Assembly: GCA_963768425.1 (NCBI GenBank)
Contig: CAVYHV010000014.1
Span: 288,001-352,000, forward strand
Length of the DNA stretch: 64,000 nt
Source of the DNA: Candidatus Bathyarchaeota archaeon
GTDB lineage: Archaea; Thermoproteota; Bathyarchaeia; Bathyarchaeales; Bathycorpusculaceae
Direction of reading: 5' to 3'
This document shows positions 9,846-19,077 of this stretch, piece after piece (the first letter of the stretch is position 1; every line of letters starts with the position of its first letter). The translations under genes were made by a program, and so were the position numbers. The notes beneath the pieces were generated by a model that saw only the letters and a list, made by a program, of their open reading frames with translations, was not told the origin of the DNA and did no database searches.

Positions 9846-10109
9846 TCACACCTGCCTCGTATTGCGAATTCCTTTTTTGCAGAGTTTATTTAGCTCATTT
9901 TCAGCGATGTCAATCCTCAAAATGCCCTTTTCCCCGACAATTTCAAGGATTACACCTTCAACAAACTCTGAGTGATGTAACTCTCCAATAGTACCTTCGA
10001 CTTGGACGCTTTCATTGAAGTTGCTCGATAAGGTGACATTCTTGAGGTCGGCTTTGGATTTGAGTTGAATGGAGAAGGACCGCTCCTTCGCAGTCTTACC
10101 GTGTTTCAT
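9846..10109 (-). CDS. small hypothetical protein
   Basis: 87-aa ORF with SD GGAGG; VEGTIGEL...ILEIVGEKGILRID beta-rich pattern. Confidence 0.7.
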   Translation of the reverse strand: MKHGKTAKERSFSIQLKSKADLKNVTLSSNFNESVQVEGTIGELHHSEFVEGVILEIVGEKGILRIDIAENELNKLCKKGIRNTRQV

Positions 10110-10186
10110 TCCGTTTTTTCCTCCGAGTGACTAAGAGGCGGAAAAAGAGATTAGTCTTATTTGACAATCATGTGTAAGAATAAACA

Positions 10187-10969
10187 TTGATGTTTAGGTA
10201 CAGGAGAGAACAAAGCTTGGAAAATGGCCAAGGCGTTCAAAACTTATTTTTTAATCTCACTAGTGAAAGCAGACTTCAAATATTGTACAAACTAAAAAAC
10301 CAACATCTGAAAATGAATGATATAGCGCGGGAATTGGATTTGACTGCTACCGAAACTACTAGGCAACTGCAACGCCTAAAAGAGGCACGACTGGTTGAGA
10401 GGCAACCTGAAGGCACATATGCCCTTACAGAATATTGCATGCTCGTATTGCAGCTTTCTCCCGCCTTTGAGTTTGCTTACAAACACAAAAACTATTTTCT
10501 AACCCGGGATATTTGGCGAATTCCGTACGAATTTCTAAATCGAATAAGCGAGCTATCATCAGCCAGTTTATCCATCAACGTAGCAGATTCTATTAACCGT
10601 GGCGAGAAAATGGTTAAAGAAGCTGAAGAATACGTATGGACCCTTCGAGACAAATCCTTAGACACGATGGGATCATTAATGCTTGAACAATATGGAAAAA
10701 ACGTTAAGTCATTTAGATTTATGTTCGCCGAAAATTTGCGTTCTCCTTATAGGCCATCCCATGGGCGACCAGAAGTTGAGGAGAGAACACTTGCAAAAAT
10801 CCCTGCAATTATAGTTTGCACGGAAAAGGAAGCGGCAGTATGTCTGCTTTCAACTGATGGTCGAGCGGACTATTCGGGCTTCTTTGGCACAGACCCCTAT
10901 TTCAAGAAATGGGTAAAGGACCTCTTTCTTTATTTCTGGAACATTGGAAAAAGGGTTTTCCCAACCTAA
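10187..10969 (+). CDS. ArsR-type winged-helix regulator with archaeal C-terminal (DUF1724-like) domain
   Basis: SESRLQIL...MNDIARELDLTATETTRQLQRL; C-terminal FKKWVKDLFLYFW. Confidence 0.82.
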   Translation: MMFRYRREQSLENGQGVQNLFFNLTSESRLQILYKLKNQHLKMNDIARELDLTATETTRQLQRLKEARLVERQPEGTYALTEYCMLVLQLSPAFEFAYKHKNYFLTRDIWRIPYEFLNRISELSSASLSINVADSINRGEKMVKEAEEYVWTLRDKSLDTMGSLMLEQYGKNVKSFRFMFAENLRSPYRPSHGRPEVEERTLAKIPAIIVCTEKEAAVCLLSTDGRADYSGFFGTDPYFKKWVKDLFLYFWNIGKRVFPT

Positions 10970-11198
10970 TATTGATCAACCTGTTGATGGTAATCATGAA
11001 GTGCTCGCTGCCTCCCAATTTTTCTTGGAAAAGAAAAAAGCGAAGATTGGCCGCGAAGAAACTTACAGTAACACTGCTTCTTTCTGTGGTGTTCAAAGCG
11101 TTTCCCAGCCTGAACTGCCATATGATTTGAGTTCAACCCTAAATTTCAAGATGCTTGGAAAGAAAAAGAAGGGAAGAAACAAAAGCGAAGTTGGTTGT

Positions 11199-11483
11199 CT
11201 ATTGTTTTTTGTGCTCTTTGAGAACGGTCATCGGTGACGTGCTAGTGTCGGCGATACCCGGCATGGCTCGTAAGACCTCGCCGATGAAGTGAAGGCTATT
11301 TTCGTTGCTGTCAGCTTTGAAGAAAATGACGAAATCCCAGTATCCATATAAGCTCCATGAAGACTCAATCATCACTCCTTTCATTGGTTCGGTAGGCATA
11401 TTTTTGAACGCTTCCCAGAACTCGCCGCCTTTTCCTGAAATCGTTTTGATTAAAACTTGATATTTCATCATGCTTTTTTCCAA
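11199..11483 (-). CDS. stand-alone Lrp/AsnC ligand-binding (GYD-like) domain protein
   Basis: SLYGYWDFVIFFKA...LRAMPGIADTST. Confidence 0.7.
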   Translation of the reverse strand: MEKSMMKYQVLIKTISGKGGEFWEAFKNMPTEPMKGVMIESSWSLYGYWDFVIFFKADSNENSLHFIGEVLRAMPGIADTSTSPMTVLKEHKKQ

Positions 11484-11655
11484 TTAAAACACCATGCTTA
11501 TTTTTGTAAAGACTTGCCTTTAAGACTCTGTGACTGCATAACCGCAACAACAACCGCCCAAGGCCCACGCCAACTTCCCCTTCGACACCAAAGAACTTTT
11601 GCAAAACTCCAGAGTCCCCTTCTGCAAACTACTTCGGTAAAGTTTCATGCTATCC

Positions 11656-11916
11656 CCTTGGTTTAAGCAAGGCTGACAATGTCCAGTTGGCTGATGGTTT
11701 TATGTTTTTCAGCGTAGATCCAACTGTCGGCCAAGCACTTGTTGCATCAGACTGAGACAACATTGTCTTAAATCATTTTGCACAATGATTAGTTAGCAAG
11801 GGAAAGTGGAACTACTAAGAGCCAACGTGTTGAGCGGGTCTGGCAGCTAACATAAAACAAGGCGCCCCCAAACTTTTGCGCCTGCCAATGTTAGCACGCG
11901 GCTAAATCCGCCCAAC
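11656..11916. ncRNA. candidate structured RNA (or ssDNA) element; family not recognised
   Basis: At least nine complementary segment pairs of 5-9 bp within 260 nt, some crossing; no credible ORF. Confidence 0.45.
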
Positions 11917-12100
11917 CAACATTTTTGCCCCTAACTCAAAATCCCTTTTTAAACAACCTGATTGAACCCTTAAATCAACAGCCAACCCCAAACATTCTAC
12001 GTCAACACAACCAAACCAGCTATCTCCTTTTCGGAGAACCCGCAAAAGGCCACTTTTCGAGTCGACGACAAGTCAATCATTCCCAAATCCGCAAAGCCAA

Positions 12101-12242
12101 AGGGAGTCAAATAGAGTCGAATTGGGTCAAAATGGGTCATTAGGAGTCATAACAAGTCAAATAGAGTCAAATGGAGTCGCAACCTGCAAATGATTCAAGC
12201 TCCTCCACAAGGAAGCAGCCCAAAACACAAACAAAAAATTTT
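12101..12242 (+). repeat. phased array element copy A: 8 x 10-bp units with invariant GTC plus conserved ~60-nt tail
   Basis: agggaGTCaa atagaGTCga attggGTCaa aatggGTCat taggaGTCat aacaaGTCaa atagaGTCaa atggaGTCgc, then AACCTGCAAATGATTCAAGCTCCTCCACAA... Confidence 0.9.
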
Positions 12243-12266
12243 GCATTAAGAAAATGCTTTTTGGGT

Positions 12267-12749
12267 TTAAGCTAGGTAGACGGTTACGTTTCCATCTTTG
12301 TCTTTTGCTGCTCGAACCTTGATTTTTCTCGGAGGTTTCTCGATGCCTCTGTTCCAGATTCTCTGGTTAAGCTCCTGGCTTATTATGAGTCTAGGTAACT
12401 CTTCTTCTTCCTCTTCTTCGGTAACCTTCATCTCTAGTTTCATGTGCTTGGTGATGAAAATCTTGATCAATTGCATCGCTCGGGAAGCACGCTTATTCGG
12501 CGGCCTAACCAACGCTCTCCCCAATGGGATCGTGTAGGTTCGCTCTTCAACGATTTCTTCTTCTTCCTTCTTCTTGCGTTTAGGTTTAGCTTCCTCTTCT
12601 TCAGCAACAGCTTCCTCAGGCTTCGCTTCAGCCGTCGGCTCCCCAACTACTTCGGGAACTTGTTCCTCAACGGTTTCTTCTTCAGCAAGCGGCGGCAACT
12701 CTTCTTGTTCGGTGACTGTCTGCGTTTCTTTTTTGTCTTCACTAATCAT
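12267..12749 (-). CDS. rpl31e: 50S ribosomal protein eL31 with acidic N-terminal extension
   Basis: EERTYTIPL...KRASRAM...LNQRIWNRGIEKPPRKIKVR. Confidence 0.95.
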   Translation of the reverse strand: MISEDKKETQTVTEQEELPPLAEEETVEEQVPEVVGEPTAEAKPEEAVAEEEEAKPKRKKKEEEEIVEERTYTIPLGRALVRPPNKRASRAMQLIKIFITKHMKLEMKVTEEEEEEELPRLIISQELNQRIWNRGIEKPPRKIKVRAAKDKDGNVTVYLA

Positions 12750-12764
12750 CTACATCTACGTCTC

Positions 12765-12923
12765 CTATGCCTTTATCTTCCTTGTTCGCCAATTGCGCCT
12801 TTGCTTAGGGTTATTCCTAACTTTACCGTCAGTTCGGGCAATTACCCATGTGGGAACAGACGTTGCGATCTTGCCAGCTTTGGCTAATCGAAGCTTCTTG
12901 GCTGTTGGTTTAACTCGCGCCAT
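12765..12923 (-). CDS. rpl39e: 50S ribosomal protein eL39 (52 aa, missed by ORF track)
   Basis: Own translation [52 protein letters not shown]; canonical position before rpl31e. Confidence 0.95.
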   Translation of the reverse strand: MARVKPTAKKLRLAKAGKIATSVPTWVIARTDGKVRNNPKQRRNWRTRKIKA

Positions 12924-12927
12924 ACTT

Positions 12928-13257
12928 TCATATCCTTCTAATTGTTGGTTCTCGCTTCCGTGATTGAAGCTGAATTAATATCTGTTTAAGCTGAGCATCC
13001 GACAACGGAATAGGCAACTTCCCTGTCTGCGCCATTTGAATCAGCTGCATCTCAATCTGCTCCGCAAAGTCCTGCTTAACCATCTTTAGGTTGTTTAGCC
13101 TCTGCTGAGCCTCAGGCGCCAATATCTTTCTTAACAGCGCCTGTTTCTGAGCATCTATCTGCGCTTCTTCTTGGCTTTGTCTTTGCTCGTCACTTACGCG
13201 ACGCTGCATTGACGATAACTTTCGTCTACGGATTTGGTCAAGCTCGTCATCCGACAT
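12928..13257 (-). CDS. PDCD5-like DNA-binding protein
   Basis: [12 protein letters not shown]...[20 protein letters not shown]; canonical neighbour of rps19e. Confidence 0.92.
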   Translation of the reverse strand: MSDDELDQIRRRKLSSMQRRVSDEQRQSQEEAQIDAQKQALLRKILAPEAQQRLNNLKMVKQDFAEQIEMQLIQMAQTGKLPIPLSDAQLKQILIQLQSRKREPTIRRI

Positions 13258-13262
13258 TGCGT

Positions 13263-13727
13263 CTATTCGCCTTGATACTTCTTCAGCGCAGGGATAGTCT
13301 TAACTACTTCTTTATGCAAGTCTCCAGCGACCTCTTGAAGCAACTTACGACCCTTAGGAGTCATCCGTCTACCCTGAGGCTTAGTGGTTTGAACCAAACC
13401 TGCAGTTTCAAGCTGCTGAAGAATCTTGCGAATGTTACTTCCACCGGCTTTAGTGGCATGCGATTTTTTAACGCCGTTATTTTTTCTTCCACCATAATCA
13501 GCCCGCAGCTTCTCAAGCCCGATTGGACCATGAACATAGACTTTCCGGAGAACAGACGCGCTTCTGGTGTACCACCAATTTGGGTTTTGCGGCTGTTTTT
13601 CAACGTGGGTACCTGTCTTAGCGAAGGCTGCCCAAGGAAGAGGCTGGACTTCATCAACGTTTTCCCTAAGATACTTTGCTAAACGATCGATGAACTTTGA
13701 AGATGGAACATCATGAGGAGTAGTCAA
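13263..13727 (-). CDS. rps19e: 30S ribosomal protein eS19
   Basis: WAAFAKTG...WWYTRSASVLRKVY...YGG; likely TTG start at 13727. Confidence 0.96.
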   Translation of the reverse strand: MTTPHDVPSSKFIDRLAKYLRENVDEVQPLPWAAFAKTGTHVEKQPQNPNWWYTRSASVLRKVYVHGPIGLEKLRADYGGRKNNGVKKSHATKAGGSNIRKILQQLETAGLVQTTKPQGRRMTPKGRKLLQEVAGDLHKEVVKTIPALKKYQGE

Positions 13728-13863
13728 GATTACTCTAATCCTTTGTTTTTCCTTGCAGTAAAACAATGAAGCCAAATATAAATATTCTCTGGGCAGGAAT
13801 TAAGGCTCACGCAAGACAACACGCCTCAAGTCAACTCAAGCAAGCTGAGTTTTCAGCGGCCTC

Positions 13864-14133
13864 CTAACGCACAGATGCATTCGCTTTCAACACGAAAACC
13901 CGCAGATCAATTCTTGACGGGCAAACATAAGTGCAGTTTCCACATCCCTCACAGAGGTCAACTCGAAGCTTCCGCAGCGTTTCCTTTTTGTTTTTCTCGA
14001 AAGCCTCTTTGATTAAGACTGGGCTCAGGTTGTGCGGGCAGGAACGCATACAGACGCCACATCGGATGCAAGCCACTGTTTTCTCCTGCTTACGAGGATT
14101 CTCAAGAGTTTGAGAGGCACCCATACGTTTCAC
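13864..14133 (-). CDS. 2x[4Fe-4S] ferredoxin resembling the RnfC C-terminal dicluster domain
   Basis: CIRCGVCMRSCP and CEGCGNCTYVCPSRIDL. Confidence 0.8.
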   Translation of the reverse strand: MKRMGASQTLENPRKQEKTVACIRCGVCMRSCPHNLSPVLIKEAFEKNKKETLRKLRVDLCEGCGNCTYVCPSRIDLRVFVLKANASVR

Positions 14134-14332
14134 TTTGAAAGCTGAAACATGAACGATAATTATATAGGTTTTTGCTACAGCAGAATTTTGTCACCTTTCA
14201 AACACTGAAGCAGGAAAGAGGCTTTTTGTTTCCCAAAACTATACAGACATTAAAACACCATGTGGTCGACTCTTTAGAAATGCTTATTACTTATCGCCGT
14301 TGATGTCTATTTGTAGATTCTGAAGGTTTTTT

Positions 14333-15363
14333 ATGTCTTCTGAGAAAAATCGGGCCTTATATTCTAGCGATTTCCAGTCCTACTGCAGCAACGCAAAAAA
14401 ACTTGTTGATTTTGAACTCCAAACGCTTCTGCCGGCCATCGCCAAGTTTAAGCTGCGAAAACAAATAGAGTACGCCCTACTGACCAAAGGGAAACGGCTT
14501 CGCCCCACTTTAGTTCTGTTGAGCGGGGAAAGCGCAGGCGGCAACCGAACGCAGCTTCGCAGGTTGGCGTTGGCTTTTGAGCTATTGCATTTAGCAACGC
14601 TTGTCCATGATGACATTTTGGATGAGGACACGTTCAGGCGAAATGCCCTGTCGGTTTATGCAAAATGGAGCGTTAAAGATGCTATTCTTGTGGGTGACGT
14701 TTTGGCTTCGTTTTCGCTGTCTTTGTGCAAGGGATACAGAAGGGAAATCCTCAACGTGATTATCGACACTTGCATGCAGCTTTCAGATGGCGAATACAGC
14801 GACGTAGAATTAGCCGGTGAAGAATTAAACGAAAAAGAGTACTTTGGAAAGATACAAAAGAAATGCGCAGCACTTTTCAGGGCAGCCTGCGAATGCGGAG
14901 CTCTTGCAGCCGACGGCTCATCCAGCGTGACTAGGCGTTGAGGCTTTTCGGCGAGAACTACGGTGTTGCTTACCAGATAAAAGACGACATACTGGACGCG
15001 CAGGAATGGGGGAACGATCTGCAACCCGACGTCAACAAGTTCCGAGCCACACTTCCAATAATACACGCGTACGAAACGGCTGGCAAAGAGAAGCAGGTGC
15101 GTTTCAGAAGGCTTCTTTCCGCAAAAACAACCCGGAACCTTAGTATTTTCCTAAGAGAAGTGCAGCCGTATTTTGAGAAAGGCTCCTTAAATTACTGCAC
15201 AAACCGATTAAACATGTACGTTGACAGGGCAGTTGCAAGTTTAGCGCCGTTGAAAGAAACCCGATTTAAAAGTTACCTCGTTGAGATGGCTGAGTTATTG
15301 AAGATGGAAGAACAAGAAGTCGGCATCCAAAAGATCGCTGCAGAAACCAGAAAGTTAACGTAG
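14333..15363 (+). CDS. trans-polyprenyl diphosphate synthase, probably medium/long chain (frameshift near 14935)
   Basis: GKRLRP, FARM LATLVHDDILD..RR, SARM YQIKDDILD in second frame. Confidence 0.88.
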
Positions 15364-15406
15364 AGACACTTTCTTTTTTTGTCATTTATACTGAGGATGA
15401 AAAATT

Positions 15407-16899
15407 TTGACTGGGAAGCTGCAGTTAGCTGGTGAAATTTATTCGGATGAGGCATCTTTGAAAGCCTACTCCACGGATATGAGCCACTACTCAGTTAAGC
15501 CTCAGATGGTTGCTGTCCCAGCAAACGAGCAAGACATCGCTAGGATAATCGCTTACGCAAAGCAAGAATCGATCCCTATCACCCCGCGTGGAGCAGGCTC
15601 TAACCAATCAGGCTCCGCCGTCGGACCAGGCATTATTGTTCTCTTCTCCAAAATGAACGCTATTGTTAAAAGGAATGGGCGTAGGGTTCGGGTTCAATCT
15701 GGCGTAATCCACAAGTTCTTGACCAGCAACTTGCCGCGGACGGGCTAAGGATCCCTTATGACCCCACGTCCCGTGGGTTTTGCACCATAGGCGGAAACGT
15801 CGCAACCAAGGCAAGCGGGGTCAGAAGCCTCAAATATGGGACGGTTGACTCGGCGCTAAGAAGCCTACGTTTCTTTGACGTCGCCCACGGGTTAATTGAT
15901 ACTCAAGGTCGCCTGCCCGAAACCGTTGAAGAAGCCATCGCTGACCTTAAGAAACGTCTTATTAGCGATAAAGAAGCGATGAGCGTCCTAAACGCTCGAG
16001 GCAACCTCAAATCCAGCAGCGGCTACAACCTGCGAAGCCTCATCCAATACCAAGAGCCAAACGAAATCGTGACCCATCTAATGGCTGGCTCGGTTGGTAC
16101 GCTGGGGGTTTTCAGCGAAGTAGAGTTGGAAGCAGTTCCCTTTCCCGAAAGCCGCATACTCTACATCGCCTTTTTCCGTTCCTTGACGGAAGCAGCCGAA
16201 GATGTGAAAAAGCTCATGGCAATCAAACCCTCAGCTGTCGAGCTCATGGATTCTTACGGAGTTGATTTGCTAAGAAAAACCAATGAAGTCAACGTTCCCC
16301 TTGATTGCAAGGCTGTTCTGTTTGTGGAATTAGATTCTGACTTAGAACAAACGAGTATTGCTATGATGAGTTATTTGAAGGAGAAACCACTGGAATTCTC
16401 GGTTGAAACTGATCCGAAAAAGCAAGCTGCGCTTTGGATGGTGAGGGAGTCGATGCTTCTTTGGATTATGAACTCGCTGGAAACGGCGCAAAAAAGGTTT
16501 CCGCCCTTTGCAGACGATATAGCTATACCAGTGCAGCAACTACCGAACTTCATAGCCGCCGTTCAACAGATATTGGATAGTTTTGGGACTATTGCAGTGA
16601 TTTACGGGCACGCAGGCGAAGGAAACCTACACATAAGGCCAATGATTAGCATTGAGAATTGGGAAGAAAACCTAAAAAAATTATCCAGCCTCATCTTCGA
16701 CGCAGCCCTAAAGGCAGGTGGAACCATAACGGCTGAGCATGGACTAGGAAGAAACAGGTCATTGTATCTTCGCAATGAGTGGGGAGACAAAATCTACCGC
16801 TATTTCTCAGAAGTAAAGAGGATTTTTGACCCCACAGGACTCTTAAATCCGGACGTGGTTTTCACGTCGGATGATCTAACAAAAAACCTCAAGTTGTAG
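15407..16899 (+). CDS. FAD-linked oxidase, GlcD/D-lactate dehydrogenase family (frameshifted near 15720-15780)
   Basis: PRGAGSNQSG, TIGGNVAT.ASG, GHAGEGNLHI, AEHGLGR, DPTGLLNP. Confidence 0.85.
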
Positions 16900-17087
16900 C
16901 CTTCCGCAAACGACACGGGTGTAGTGTGGCAACTACAACAAACCCTTTTATCGCTTGCTAAGCTCCTTTTTGAATGGTGTTTCCATGCGTTCTTATGAAG
17001 AAGTAGGCTACTGTAAGAGTTCCCTGAAGTCACACACCCTTTCAGACCCACAAACTCACCAATCTAAGCGACCAGGGGCTGAATAAA

Positions 17088-18311
17088 ATGGCAACCCAAG
17101 CACAAAAAACCGCGCCATCAACCACTAAAGACACTGGACTACGCGGAGTCCTCATCGCCGACACGGCAATCTCGCTTATCGACGGAGTAAAAGGCGAGCT
17201 TTCCTATCGAGGATTCGACATACATGATTTAGCTGCTTACTCAACCAGTGAAGAAGTCGCTTATCTGCTATTAAACGGCAACTTGCCAACAACGGCGCAG
17301 ATTGAAGAATTCTCAAAGACCCTTGTAACGGAAAGAAAACTGCCACCAAGCTTAGTTGAAGTTCTCAAAAAACTTCCCAGCTCAGCAGCACCTATGGATG
17401 TTCTGCAGGGAACAGTGGCTTTGCTTGCTGATTTTGACCCCGAAAAGCATGATGACTCAAAAGAGGCTAACCTGAAGCGTGCATCTCGACTAATAGCTGT
17501 GTTACCCACAGTGGTTGCGTTTTGGGATAGAATCAGAAAAAACCAGCCCCCTATCGAGCCGAACTCGAAGCTGAATAGGGCTGCGAATTTCCTGTACATG
17601 CTCTCAGGCAATGAGCCAGAGGAGGAGACAGCTAAGGATTTTGACACCTCGTTGGTCTTGCATGCTGAACACTCGTTTAATGCCTCTACTTTTGCCGCAA
17701 GGGTTGTGGCTTCAACGCGGGCTCACATGTACGCCGCAGTCAGCGCTGCCGTCGGGTCGCTTTCAGGCGAATTGCACGGCGGAGCGAACATGCAGGTTAT
17801 GAGGAACCTCGTTGAAATCGACGATCCAGCCAAAGTTGAAGCTTGGGTTAAAGCGAAATTTGACAACCATGAACGCATCATGGGCATGGGTCACGCAGTG
17901 TACAAAGCCTTAGACCCCAGAGCTGATTTGCTTCGGCACATCTCCGAGAAACTTGCGCGGCGAACAGGCGAACCGAAATGGTACCTAATGACTAAAGAAA
18001 TCGAATTTAACACTCAACGCGAGTACCGAGTGCGCAAAGGCGGCGAAATCTACCCTAACGTAGACCTATACAGCGCCTCCGTCTACCATATGCTCGGCAT
18101 CCCTGATGACTTGTTCACACCCATCTTTGCTGTAGCAAGAGTCCCAGGATGGGCAGCACACATTATCGAAGAAAAGTTTCCTGCGCCGCCGATTAAGCCT
18201 GAACTTTACCGCCCCAGCGCACAATACGAAGGCAACTACTGTGGAGCTGTAGGCTGCAAATACGAACCCATGGCTAAACGGGCAACAGAAAGCCAACAAC
18301 AAACAAAGTGA
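17088..18311 (+). CDS. gltA: citrate synthase / 2-methylcitrate synthase
   Basis: HAEHSFNASTF, LHGGAN, MGMGHAVYK, PNVD. Confidence 0.9.
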   Translation: MATQAQKTAPSTTKDTGLRGVLIADTAISLIDGVKGELSYRGFDIHDLAAYSTSEEVAYLLLNGNLPTTAQIEEFSKTLVTERKLPPSLVEVLKKLPSSAAPMDVLQGTVALLADFDPEKHDDSKEANLKRASRLIAVLPTVVAFWDRIRKNQPPIEPNSKLNRAANFLYMLSGNEPEEETAKDFDTSLVLHAEHSFNASTFAARVVASTRAHMYAAVSAAVGSLSGELHGGANMQVMRNLVEIDDPAKVEAWVKAKFDNHERIMGMGHAVYKALDPRADLLRHISEKLARRTGEPKWYLMTKEIEFNTQREYRVRKGGEIYPNVDLYSASVYHMLGIPDDLFTPIFAVARVPGWAAHIIEEKFPAPPIKPELYRPSAQYEGNYCGAVGCKYEPMAKRATESQQQTK

Positions 18312-18341
18312 CCAAAAAGTTTTCGCGCAGAGAGAAAGATG

Positions 18342-19076
18342 CTATCCAGAGGCACTGTTTTTTGGCCGCAGCTCATCCATGATTCTTTTTCTAATTTCCA
18401 TGATATGCTTTGTAACCTGAATAGATTTAGGGCAAACCACCGTGCATCGATAGTAAGATTTGCAGCTCCATGCACCATGCGGCTTATCCATAATTTGCAG
18501 GCGTTCAAGCATGTCTTTGATGCGGCTGTCAAAAATGTATCTGTGCGCCCTAACGATGGCGGCTGGCCCTACATAGCTGGGATCTTCTTTCTGGCTGACA
18601 GGGCAAGCAGAGACGCAACAGGCGCACATAATGCATTTGATGTCATCGTCAAACTGCGATCGCTCCTCAACCGTCTGCCGATGCTCTTTGCCTTCTTCTG
18701 CTGCCGTCAAGCTTATCCCCTGGGACGAGTGAACAGATTTTTCCTTCGCAAAAAACTCGTCCAAGTCCACCACTAAATCTTTCACGACGGGAAACACGCT
18801 AAGAGGCTCAATCAGGATTTCTTTGTCAACTGGATAGTCTTTCACAAGTTTTTGGCATGCCAAAGCTGAAACCCCATTGATCGTCATGCCGTCGGAACCG
18901 CAGATACCATGGGCGCAACTCATTCGGTAAGCTAAGCTTCCATCTTGTTCCCATCGAACCTTATTGAGGCAGTCAAGAAGCCTATCTGTTGATTTGGCGT
19001 CAACAACGAATAAGTCGTAACGTGGTTCTTTGTCAGCTTTAGGGTCGAACCGGAAGATTTTCAACTTGACGTTCAT
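18342..19076 (-). CDS. sdhB: succinate dehydrogenase/fumarate reductase Fe-S subunit
   Basis: SCAHGICGSD..LAC; CIMCACCVSACP; CKSYYRCTVVCPK. Confidence 0.93.
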   Translation of the reverse strand: MNVKLKIFRFDPKADKEPRYDLFVVDAKSTDRLLDCLNKVRWEQDGSLAYRMSCAHGICGSDGMTINGVSALACQKLVKDYPVDKEILIEPLSVFPVVKDLVVDLDEFFAKEKSVHSSQGISLTAAEEGKEHRQTVEERSQFDDDIKCIMCACCVSACPVSQKEDPSYVGPAAIVRAHRYIFDSRIKDMLERLQIMDKPHGAWSCKSYYRCTVVCPKSIQVTKHIMEIRKRIMDELRPKNSASG

Positions 19077-19077
19077 G

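Noticed and set aside
11795-11890. Cobalamin riboswitch, RNase P RNA, HDV or twister ribozyme identity for the structured segment
   Set aside because: Only short scattered matches (GGGAA, GCCCCC, CCTGCC, GGAAAGT); required conserved elements and spacing are missing.
11925-12143. 72-aa plus-strand ORF running into array A
   Set aside because: Low-complexity, no motif; a 10-bp period is incompatible with a coding repeat.
12101-12180. CRISPR array reading of the phased arrays
   Set aside because: Constant part is only 3-4 nt with 6-7 nt spacers; no cas genes in the window.
12158-12207. Leader peptide on minus strand of array tails (GGAGG + TTG; MNHLQVATPFDSI* and MDCLQVATPKDYI*)
   Set aside because: Present in copies A and C but SD and start are absent in copy B; explained by DNA homology.
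12298-13682. Plus-strand ORFs over the ribosomal genes and similar antisense ORFs throughout (e.g. 17261-17647, 25409-25870, 50789-51352)
   Set aside because: Shadow frames of well-supported genes with no motifs.
13864-14133. Rnf complex
   Set aside because: Only an isolated dicluster domain; no rnfABDEG.
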